From an uncultured Microthrixaceae bacterium (GTDB lineage: Bacteria > Actinomycetota > Acidimicrobiia > Acidimicrobiales > VFJN01), in the NCBI GenBank assembly GCA_963750645.1, contig CAVVRO010000001.1:72049-136048 (forward strand): 64,000 nucleotides of DNA, in the 5' to 3' direction. Below, in pieces: positions 1-7,328 of the stretch. Each line of letters starts with the position of its first letter. Position 1 is the stretch's first letter. Below the pieces are notes generated by a model, which saw nothing but the letters and a program-made list of their open reading frames with translations, was not told the origin of the DNA and ran no database searches. A program made the position numbers and the translations under genes.

Positions 1-78
1 CGGGCCAAGTCCTCCGAGCTCCTGTTCGGCGACCCGACCTACCACCGCGAGCTGCTCGCCCAACGCATCGGGATCTGA
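1..78 (+). CDS. 3' end of an unidentified upstream gene (partial)
   Basis: Frame-1 codons with G/C-rich third positions read ...RAKSSELLFGDPTYHRELLAQRIGI and stop at TGA 76-78. The start lies outside the window. Product not recognised. Confidence 0.35.
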   Translation, partial: RAKSSELLFGDPTYHRELLAQRIGI

Positions 79-87
79 TTCGTCGTC

Positions 88-224
88 GCTCGCCTTCGGC
101 GAGCTCCTCCGAGCCTTCTGCGGCCGCCCTTCGGGCGGCCGCTCGGGGTTCGGGGGTGGCGGAGCCACCCCTCACGTGACTCGAGGCTGCGCCTCGAACG
201 AGGGGGCGCACGCGGCCCCCTCGT
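88..224. repeat. Array of five consecutive GC-rich hairpins (intergenic palindromic repeat cluster)
   Basis: Perfect stems at 88-104 (GCTCGCC/GGCGAGC), 120-142 (GCGGCCGCCC/GGGCGGCCGC), 153-171 (GGGGTGGC/GCCACCCC), 181-197 (TCGAGGC/GCCTCGA) and 198-224 (ACGAGGGGGC/GCCCCCTCGT), plus palindrome TCACGTGA at 172-179. The array starts 10 nt after the TGA at 76-78. The first part has a near-copy at 55275-55334. Confidence 0.7.
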
Positions 225-260
225 GCTCCCCCCACCGCGCTCCCGCCTAGCCTCCGCGAC

Positions 261-695
261 GTGGCCTGGCTGTTCCTGCTTGTTGGTGCGGTGCTGGTGT
301 TCGCCATCGCGGCGGCGTTCGTGGGCTCGGAGACCTTTCGGCTCGGGCATGAGACGCCCTCGGCGATCTTCGACATGGACGAGGCGCTGCAGGAGGTCGG
401 TGAGGCCCTGCCCGACGAGGTGCAGGCCCGGCTCACCTACGACGAGCTGCGCCGGCTCATCGTCGCCAGCCTCGAGCACCTGGAGTCGAAGGGCTTGGCC
501 GCCGCCCCGGGCCGAGACGTGCGGGTCATCGGGGAGCGGGACGAGGTGGTCGTGGCCGACGACGATGCGGTGGCGGTGGTGCTCGGCGCCGTCGACATCG
601 AGGGCCTCGAGGTGTCCGACGCGGATGCCTACGAGGTCATCCGGGGCCTCCTCGGGTACCTCGACCGCATCGGGGCGCTCGGGCCGAAGGCCTGA
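261..695 (+). CDS. hypothetical protein with N-terminal transmembrane helix
   Basis: GTG start, 144 codons, strong GC3 bias. Hydrophobic N-terminus WLFLLVGAVLVFAIAAAFV followed by an acidic soluble part. No family recognised. Confidence 0.6.
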   Translation: MAWLFLLVGAVLVFAIAAAFVGSETFRLGHETPSAIFDMDEALQEVGEALPDEVQARLTYDELRRLIVASLEHLESKGLAAAPGRDVRVIGERDEVVVADDDAVAVVLGAVDIEGLEVSDADAYEVIRGLLGYLDRIGALGPKA

Positions 696-731
696 GGCGA
701 AACCGCCACCGCGCGGGGTCGATCGCGTGGT

Positions 732-936
732 TCACTGGTGCCACCAGAGAAGGGAGGTGGTCCACAAGATGAACGACTGTTGTAGTGGGACCCTGGAGGT
801 GGCTGGCCGCTAGGAGTATCGCGGCTCGCTGGACCACCTGGCGTAGACCAAGCCAGTCGCCGCCGGAGCGGTGTTCGGGGAGTGGTCCCTCCCGGTTGCC
901 CGGTTCGGGCGATGCCCTCCGGTCCAATCCCAGTGA
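732..936 (+). ncRNA. candidate structured leader / ncRNA of unrecognised class
   Basis: Lower-GC stretch that does not look coding. It is closed by a 7-bp helix TCACTGG(732-738)/CCAGTGA(930-936). A 10-bp long-range helix pairs AGGTGGTCCA(755-764) with TGGACCACCT(830-839). Competing CCACC(741-745) and duplicated GGAGGTGG boxes (753-760, 795-802) are present. A strong hairpin follows at 945-976. Confidence 0.3.
769..813 (+). CDS. possible 14-codon upstream ORF (MNDCCSGTLEVAGR)
   Basis: ATG 769 lies about 9 nt downstream of GGGAGGTGG; stop TAG 811-813. The tandem TGT TGT Cys codons are atypical for this GC content. Too short to support statistically. Confidence 0.2.
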   Translation: MNDCCSGTLEVAGR

Positions 937-944
937 TCAACGGC

Positions 945-976
945 AACGGGGGCCGCATCTCGATGCGGCCCCCGTT
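945..976 (+). terminator. strong stem-loop, probable intrinsic terminator or attenuator
   Basis: Arms AACGGGGGCCGCATC / GATGCGGCCCCCGTT (about 14 bp around a tiny loop). No U tract follows, which is common in high-GC actinobacteria. Confidence 0.5.
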
Positions 977-1003
977 CCGCGCCCTTCGCTAGGTTGCCCA
1001 GGC

Positions 1004-1223
1004 ATGGAACGGCCCACCCGCTTCGAGCACCATCGCTTCCTCGGCGACAAGCGCACGCAGCGTCGTGTACGACCTCGACACCTTCGCGGACACCGAGGTG
1101 ATCGACGAGCTGATGGCGGCCGAGACCTACCTCTGCTTCGGGCCCGACACGCTGGCCGAGGCCCGCAACCGTGGCTACCGCCTGGCCAAGGGGCATCCGG
1201 CGCCGGCGGACGACGGCGAGTAG
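1004..1223 (+). pseudogene. small ORF that needs a +1 frame change (or a 52-aa GTG-initiated product)
   Basis: From ATG 1004, the frame reading MERPTRFEHHRFLGDKRTQR has high GC3. Near 1062-1066 the GC3 signal jumps to the next frame (VYDLDTFADTEVIDELMAAETYLCFGPDTLAEARNRGYRLAKGHPAPADDGE, TAG 1221-1223). GTG 1065 is an alternative start. Not in the supplied ORF track. Confidence 0.3.
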
Positions 1224-1233
1224 CAGCCCGGTC

Positions 1234-2019
1234 GTGGAGCACCGCTACCCCTCGAGCGGGAACCTCCTCGTCGCCCACCTGGCCCGACCGAAGATGCGGG
1301 CCGACGTCACCACGGTGCCGAGCGTGGTCCTCGCCCACGGCTATCCCAGCGACGTGAGCAGCACATCGGTCGCGGCCTCCGCCCTACCGGAGCTGGCGGA
1401 CCGGCTCGCGGCCGAGATGGGCTGGCTGGCCATCGCGCCCGCCTTCCGGGGTTGCGGTGGCTCGGAGGGGAGCTTCTCGCTCGGAGGCTGGCTGGACGAC
1501 CTGCGCGCCACCGTCGATCACCTCCGGGGCAGCGAGGACGTGAGTGGCGTGTGGCTCGTCGGCTTCGGCACCGGCGGTGCTCTCTCGATCTGCGCCGCCG
1601 CCGACGATCAGACCGTGCGCGGCGTCGCGTCGCTCGGCGCTCCTGCCGACTTCGACGACTGGGCGTCGCACCCCAAGCGGCTGCTCGAGCACGCGCGCGA
1701 GGTCGGCATGGTCGCGGAGCCCACCTTCCCGCCCGACTTCGACTCCTGGGCGCGCGAGCTCAAGGACCTACGAGCGGTCGCGTGCGCCGGTCGACTGGCG
1801 CCCCGCCCGCTGCTCGTCGTGCACGGCAGCGACGACGACCTCGTGCCCGTGTTCGACGCCCGGGTGCTGGTCGACGCCCACGGCGACGCCGAGCTGAGGA
1901 TCATGAACGGCGCCGGCCACCGCCTCCGCCACGACCCCCGCGCCGTCGCGGTGCTGCTCGGCTGGTTGGATCGCGAGGCGTCGAGCGTCGGTCGGCTGCG
2001 CCGACCTCGCTCGAGCTGA
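1234..2019 (+). CDS. alpha/beta-fold hydrolase family protein (nucleophile position apparently Gly)
   Basis: Motifs VVLAHGYPS, LVGFGTGGALS (elbow), LLVVHGSDDDLVP and GAGHRLRHD. Start placed at GTG 1234 within track ORF 1171-2019 and is uncertain. The last ~13 codons are encoded by a repeat element. Confidence 0.75.
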   Translation: MEHRYPSSGNLLVAHLARPKMRADVTTVPSVVLAHGYPSDVSSTSVAASALPELADRLAAEMGWLAIAPAFRGCGGSEGSFSLGGWLDDLRATVDHLRGSEDVSGVWLVGFGTGGALSICAAADDQTVRGVASLGAPADFDDWASHPKRLLEHAREVGMVAEPTFPPDFDSWARELKDLRAVACAGRLAPRPLLVVHGSDDDLVPVFDARVLVDAHGDAELRIMNGAGHRLRHDPRAVAVLLGWLDREASSVGRLRRPRSS

Positions 2020-2057
2020 GCTTTCGAGCGTCGGTCGGCTGCGCCGACCTCGCTCGA
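1981..2057. repeat. perfect 34-bp tandem direct repeat, each copy a nested hairpin
   Basis: TCGAGCGTCGGTCGGCTGCGCCGACCTCGCTCGA occurs at 1981-2014 and again at 2024-2057, with a 9-nt spacer GCTGAGCTT. Inner stem GGTCGGC/GCCGACC, outer stem TCGAGCG/CGCTCGA. Copy 1 overlaps the hydrolase C-terminus and stop. Confidence 0.9.
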
Positions 2058-2070
2058 TCTGGACGTGCGC

Positions 2071-3072
2071 CTACGGCGCGCTCGCTGTCGGCTCAGGGGT
2101 CGGCGGAGCCGCCCCTTCGCGGATGGGGGGCTCCGGCGGAGCCTCCGCCCCCCACGCCCCCCGCCCACCGCGATCCTCCCGGCTCCCACCGGCCAAGGCC
2201 TCGAACCTGGCCACCAGGGGTCCGGCGATGTCCTGGGGGAGGAAGGCCAGGTAGGCGAGGAAGATGGCGAGGCTGAAGAACCCGATGTCGAGGAAGAGGT
2301 CGATGCTGAGGTGCAGGAGCACGCCGGCGCCGAGGACCCAGAGCCGGAGCCGCCGAGGCCAGACGAGCACGATGAAGCTCGCCTCGAAGGCCAGCGTCGC
2401 CCAGGTGAGCAGCTTCAGCAGGAGGCTCTGCTGGAAGAGCCACTCGGGGGCCACGAACCGCTGCAGGTCCTCGATGCGCAGCGCGCGTGCGATCGCGGTG
2501 CCGTCGCGCCAGGTGCTCCCGCGGGACTTGGCCCATGCCGACAGCAGGTAGCCCAGCGCCAGCTCGAGCTGGAGCAGCCGCATGCCGAAGGGGGCGCGGA
2601 GCAGCTGCCGGTCTCGTCCGCGCCGGCGGTCGAGGGCCGCGTCCACCGACCACAGGAGGCCGGATGGCGACAGCACGACGGCGATGCCGACGAGCCGCAG
2701 GAGGAGGTCCCCGGAGTTGAAGATCGTGCTGTTGGCGCGCTGCAGGACGACCAGGCAGAGGACGGCGAGGGCGGCGCTCAGGCGCGTCTTGTATCCGACC
2801 ATCGTGGTGAGCGAGGTGACGAGGAGCAGCCCGCAGGTCGCCAGCGCCGCGTGCTCCCACCCGAGGTGGGGGAGGAGGTTCCAGGCGCCGTCGCGCAGGG
2901 TTCGCTCGTACAGCAGCGCTCCCTCGGTGAAGAAGGGGTCGATGTCCGGCAGCAGGCTGACGGCCCACACGGCCATGACCGCGCCCCACGCCGCGCGGAC
3001 CAGGGTCATCGGCGCCGTGCTCTGGGGCTCGAAGAGGAAGCGGTCCCACCACGCGAGAGGCCGCACCGTCAT
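2071..3072 (-). CDS. HTTM-domain membrane protein (vitamin-K carboxylase-like, SdpB-like)
   Basis: 333 codons, multi-pass membrane protein. N-terminal WDRFLFEP...LVRAAWG, which I recognise as HTTM-like. ATGA overlap with the upstream gene. The C-terminal ~30 codons run into repeat 2096-2165. Confidence 0.8.
   Translation of the reverse strand: MTVRPLAWWDRFLFEPQSTAPMTLVRAAWGAVMAVWAVSLLPDIDPFFTEGALLYERTLRDGAWNLLPHLGWEHAALATCGLLLVTSLTTMVGYKTRLSAALAVLCLVVLQRANSTIFNSGDLLLRLVGIAVVLSPSGLLWSVDAALDRRRGRDRQLLRAPFGMRLLQLELALGYLLSAWAKSRGSTWRDGTAIARALRIEDLQRFVAPEWLFQQSLLLKLLTWATLAFEASFIVLVWPRRLRLWVLGAGVLLHLSIDLFLDIGFFSLAIFLAYLAFLPQDIAGPLVARFEALAGGSREDRGGRGAWGAEAPPEPPIREGAAPPTPEPTASAP
2096..2165. repeat. 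GC-rich intergenic repeat, type 2, copy A
   Basis: GGGGTCGGCGGAGCCGCCCCTTCGCGGATGGGGGGCTCCGGCGGAGCCTCCGCCCCCC... aligns at roughly 85% identity with 47194-47262. Contains an internal direct CGGCGGAGCC..GCCCC duplication. A related hairpin GGTGGCGGAGCCACC lies at 156-169. Confidence 0.75.
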
Positions 3073-3608
3073 GACGCCGCCTCGTCTGGGGTCGGGACGT
3101 AGGTGTAGTAGACGAACTCGTCGTAGGGGGGTGCCTCACCCAGGAGCGTGTTCGGGTGGAAGAACCGCACCAGCTGCACCTTGGCGACCGGGGACGGTCG
3201 ATCGTCGTACTCGCTCGCGATCCAGCGGGCGGTCGGCTCCCACAGGCTCCGGAGGTCGTCGGCCCGGACGCGCTCGAGCCACTTGCGCCAGCGGTAGAAG
3301 CGGAGGTTCGCGCCGACGCGGGGACCCTCGGGCAGGTGCCACACCTCGGTCGTCCCGTCCTCGAAGGTGACGCGCCCCTCGATGCGCAGGCTCGTCGACC
3401 GGGGGTCAGGCGAGAACACCCCCCACTGCTGCTCCGAGGCGACGATCCGGATCGCGGTGTCGGCAGGGTCCGCCACGGAGCGGTGCAGCGCCCAGGTGGT
3501 CGGGAGGTGGGTGGCCACCTCCAGCAGCAGGAGGAGCACGACCGCGATCGAGATCGCGATCCGGCCTGTGACCGAGCGCTCGATCCGCTCGGACAGGCTC
3601 GGCGGCAT
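3069..3608 (-). CDS. DUF5819 / SdpA-like protein with single N-terminal TM helix
   Basis: Internal ATG 3608 of track ORF 3069-4208, 179 codons. TM helix IAISIAVVLLLLLEV, then a soluble domain (WGVFSPDP..., FYRWRKWLE). ATGA overlaps on both sides. Family assignment is from memory of HTTM partner genes. Confidence 0.6.
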   Translation of the reverse strand: MPPSLSERIERSVTGRIAISIAVVLLLLLEVATHLPTTWALHRSVADPADTAIRIVASEQQWGVFSPDPRSTSLRIEGRVTFEDGTTEVWHLPEGPRVGANLRFYRWRKWLERVRADDLRSLWEPTARWIASEYDDRPSPVAKVQLVRFFHPNTLLGEAPPYDEFVYYTYVPTPDEAAS

Positions 3609-4186
3609 CACCCGTCCTTGCCCTTGCCCTTCGCCTTCATCATCTTCTTGAAGGCGCGCACCTCGAGGAGGGCCTCGGCCGAGTCGACGTCGGCGACCGA
3701 GCGATGGGTGTCGTCGGAGAACGGCCGAGCTGGCTCCTCCCAGCCCTCTGGACGGATGCCGAAGCGCTTGGCGAGCACGGCCATGAAGATCTTGGCCTTC
3801 TCGCCGCCGAAGCCGGGCAGCGCGCGGAGGCGCGCGTAGAGCTCGGGGCCGCTGGTCACACCGGTCCACACGGCCTCGGCGCGGCCCCCATGCTCGTCGA
3901 CGAGGTGCTGGCAGAGCTGCTGCGTGCGCTTGGCCATCGACCCCGGGTAGCGGTGCAGGGCGGGCGGTCCCTTGAACACGACCTCGAGGTCCTCCAGCGG
4001 CATGGCCGCGATCGCGCTGGCGTCGAGGGTGCCGCCGAGCCGCTCCTTCAGGGTGAGCGGGGACCCGAAGGCCCACTCCATCGGCACCTGCTGGTCGAGC
4101 AGCATCCCGATGAGGAGCGCGAGCGGGTCCGTGTTGAGGAGGCCGTCCGCCTCGGGATCGCCGGTCACGGCCAGAGTGCCTTCCAT
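3608..4186 (-). CDS. HhH-GPD-type base-excision-repair-like protein
   Basis: 192 codons. Motifs LLIGMLLDQQVPMEWAF, LHRYPGSMAKR and LPGFGGEKAKIFMAVLAKRFG (helix-hairpin-helix). Lys-rich tail FKKMMKAKGKGKDG. Confidence 0.7.
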   Translation of the reverse strand: MEGTLAVTGDPEADGLLNTDPLALLIGMLLDQQVPMEWAFGSPLTLKERLGGTLDASAIAAMPLEDLEVVFKGPPALHRYPGSMAKRTQQLCQHLVDEHGGRAEAVWTGVTSGPELYARLRALPGFGGEKAKIFMAVLAKRFGIRPEGWEEPARPFSDDTHRSVADVDSAEALLEVRAFKKMMKAKGKGKDG

Positions 4187-4286
4187 GGCCAGAGCCTAGG
4201 ACTGGCATCCGCCACCGCGGGAGCGTCAGAAGTCAGAGGGGATCGATGTAGATCCTCGGGCGTCCACGTCCGGTGGGTCCGCGACG

Positions 4287-7200
4287 TCACGGGGTGTCCG
4301 AGGTCAGGCCCAAGCGATGCGCGACGCCAGCCGCCTCGACTCGCGTCGTGACCCCCAGCTTGGTGAGGATGCTCGACACGTGGTGGCTGGCCGTCTTGCG
4401 GCTGATGTAGAGCGCCTCGCCGATCTGCGGGTTCGTGCAGCCGGCGGCGAGCAGCCGCACCACCTCGAGCTCGCGCACCGTGAGGCCGAGCGGTGCGAGT
4501 CCAGGCTGGGGTGGGAGTGGGTCCGTCGACGGCCGCGGCTGGTCGGACAGCTCGATGCGGGCTCGGCGAGCGAGGGCCTCGATGTCGTCGCGAAGCGGGT
4601 CGGCCGCGAGCTCCACGGCGGCGACGTGGGCAGCGCTGAGGACGCGGACGGCTCGGGCGCGGTCGCCGCGGGTGGCCAGCAGGGCTTCGGCCTCGCGAAG
4701 CCCGGCGTACGCCGCGCCACGTCGATCCCCGCCGGCCGCTCCGGCGGCGCTGACACGGCACCACTGATCGGGGTCCGACCGTCCCTTCGCCCGACCCATC
4801 TCCGCGTCACAGAGCGCGCGGTGGGCGCGCAGCACCTCCGGGCGACGCGCCACGGGCAGGCTCGGGCTCGGACAGCGAGTGCCCGCGCCGCGATGGTCCG
4901 GAACGAGTCGATTGCGGCCTGTTCCGCAGTGAGGTCGCGGTGAGCGCGGGCGACCAGGGCGCGGTCAGCGTCGATCCGAAGCCCGAGGTCGGCGACCGCG
5001 ACGATCGCGATCACCTCCGGGAACGACACCGAGCCTGTCAAGGTGTCGAGCCCCTCGACCGCCGCGTGGTGAGCGGCGTCGAGGTCCCCCGTGTTGACCG
5101 CGAGTTGCGCTCGCGCCGCTGAGGAGGGCGTCGGCTTGGGCGTCGCAGCCGCCGACGCCTTCCACGGCGGCGATGGCGGCCACGGCGGCCTCGTCGCTCC
5201 CACGCGATGCCGCGAGCAACGCAGTGAACGCGAGCTCCAACCGCTCCATGCCCCAGCACCGCTGTTCCTGCAGCTGCCCCAGCACCTGTTGGCAGTCGTC
5301 CCATCGTCCGGAGAGGAACAGTGCCTCGGCCGCGTTGAACGTGGCCACGCCGACCGAGCTCTGCAGCGCACCGAGCTCCAGGCAGACGTCGACCGACTCC
5401 AAGGCCATCGCGGCGGCCTCGTCGAATCGACCGAGCCGGATCAGCTTGTCGGTGAGGCTGCCGTACGCGTGCACGACGCCGTCGGTGTCGCCGAGCTCCC
5501 GATCCATGGCCACCACCTGGTCGAGCTCGCCGGACCGGCCTCGGGATCTGGGCTCGCCATGGTGAGGTAGTTACCAAGCGTCGTGCGAGCGTGGCACTCC
5601 TGCTCGCGGGCACCGGCGGCGCGCGCGGCCTCGAGCGCCGCTGCCGCGACCTTTGATGCTTCCTCGAACCGCTCTACGTCGGACAAGGCGCAGGCGTGAG
5701 CGGCGAGGATGGCGGCAAGGCCCGCGGTCAACGGTTCATGGGGGACCAGCGCGACGGCGTGCTCCGTCCACTCCAGCAGGTCGGCTTCACTGCGGCCCGC
5801 ACGCAGCAGGTAGATGTACTTCATCTGGTACAGCAGCGCGAGCTGATCCGGCGCGGCGGCGCTGCGCTCCAGCTCGTCGATGGCGGCGTCGACGTAACCG
5901 ATGGCGCATTCGTGGTCGCCGGCCCCGCTGGCCACCTCAGCAGCTCGATCGAGCAGATCCGGACGCCCGAGGCCAGCCACCGTCTCCGGGTCGGCCACCT
6001 GACCCCACAGCTCGAGCGCCCGCTTGTAGTGACCGAGCGCGCCGGTGAGGGCCAGCACCTCGCGCCGCGTCCCGGCCGTGACCGAGGCGGGCAACGCTCG
6101 TTCGAGCTCACCGGCCGCGAACCAGTGCTCGGCCACCGCCTCCGCCACCGCCCACCCCGCCGCCGGCCCCAGCGCCGGGTCACCGCTGAGCGTCCGGGCG
6201 GCCGCCAGGTGGAGCATCTGACGTTCGCCCGGGAGCAGGTCGCCATACACCGCCTCCCGGGTCAGCGCGTGCCGGAAGGCGTATCCCTGCCCCGACCGAT
6301 CGGCGACCAGAAGGTGCTGCTCGGCCAGCTCCCGTGCCGCCATCAGGAGCGCCTCGTCGTCGAGACCGCTGGCGGCGGCCAGCAACCCGTGTGACACCCG
6401 GACCCCGGCCACGGCCGCCAACCGCACCAGATCACGAGCGGGCGCCGTCAGGCCCGCGACGCGGGCCAGGACGAGGCTCTGCACGGTGCCCGGCACCAGG
6501 ACATCCCGCTCACGAGCGGCGAGGAGCTCCTCGGCCAGGAACGCGTTGCCGCCCGAGCGCTCGTACACCCGGCTGGCCAGCTCGGCCGACGGCGCATGGC
6601 CGAGCACGCCGGCCACCAGCTCCCCAGCTCCTCCCGGCCGAAGGGCTCCAGATCGATCCGGATCGGCCTACGGGCCCCGCTGCACCTCAGCCAGCCAGGC
6701 CAGGAACCCGGCGTCGTCGGGCTCGTCGGTCCGGACCGTTCCCACCAACGCGACCGGCATGCCACGCAGGTTGCGCGACAGGAACTCGAACAGGCCCAGG
6801 CTGGATGGATCAGCCCAGTGCAGGTCCTCGATGACAACGAGCAACCCGGAAGGCACCGCGGCGCGCTCCAACGTGTCGAGCACCTCCTCGAACAGCGCGA
6901 GCTGGGCCGACGCCCCCAGCGGATCGAGCCCAGGGGGCTCACGCGTCGCCGTCACCTCCGCCGAGGTGGCCGCCAGGCGGGCAAATCGCGAGCCGCGAAT
7001 GCTCACGATCGGTACCCTCGAGCGCGAGCTCCTGCACGACGGTACGGAGGGCCTCCGCGAACGGGGCGAAGGCCAAGGACGTGGCGCCGACCATCGTGCA
7101 CGACCCCATCAGCGCGCGCATCGCTCGAGCATGCGCCGTCGGCGGCACCTCGCCGACCAACCGGGTCTTGCGCCGAGCCCGCCTCACCGCAGACGATCGC

Positions 7201-7300
7201 GGTGACGGGCTCGCCTGCCTGCACCTCGGCGACGACGGAGTCGTCGACAGCCGTAGCTCTGCGACCGACCCATCGAACTGAGGGCCGACTCAGCCGGCAT
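4287..7300 (-). pseudogene. LuxR-family STAND regulator (AAA ATPase - TPR - HTH) disrupted by about 7 frame changes
   Basis: Homologous pieces lie in alternating frames:
- IVCGEAG then RKTRLVGEV (around 7165)
- APFAEALR (7007-7165)
- VVIEDLHWADPSS (6671-7006, ends at in-frame TAG 6668)
- IRIDLEPFGREEL (6620-6670)
- SGGNAFLAEELL...YAFRHALTREAVY (5520-6616)
- TPR-like segments (4860-5516)
- LuxR HTH LTVRELEVVRLLAAGCTNPQIGEALYISRKTASHHVSSILTKLGV (4287-4853). Confidence 0.7.
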
Positions 7301-7328
7301 GGACAACGCCAGATCACGGGGTTCGCAG

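Noticed and set aside
732-936. Assignment of the structured region to a known riboswitch or RNA family (cobalamin, TPP, ykkC/guanidine, ZTP, SAM-IV, c-di-AMP, SRP, 6S, 6C, RNase P, tmRNA).
   Set aside because: I looked for the hallmark boxes of each (for example the B12 box, CUGAGA, GGUCCGAGAG, GAGGAAAGUCC) and found none. It is kept only as an unclassified candidate.
915-937. GGTCCAATCCC resembling a tRNA T-loop.
   Set aside because: No acceptor, D or anticodon arms can be drawn around it on either strand.
785-1357. 190-aa track ORF spanning the leader, the small gene and the hydrolase start.
   Set aside because: It is a composite of unrelated frames. The GC3 signal supports it only for codons 1004-1064.
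1981-2057. Tandem 34-bp repeats as a possible CRISPR array.
   Set aside because: There are only two copies, the spacer is 9 nt, no cas genes are in the window, and the copies overlap a gene's 3' end. This is a hairpin repeat, not CRISPR.
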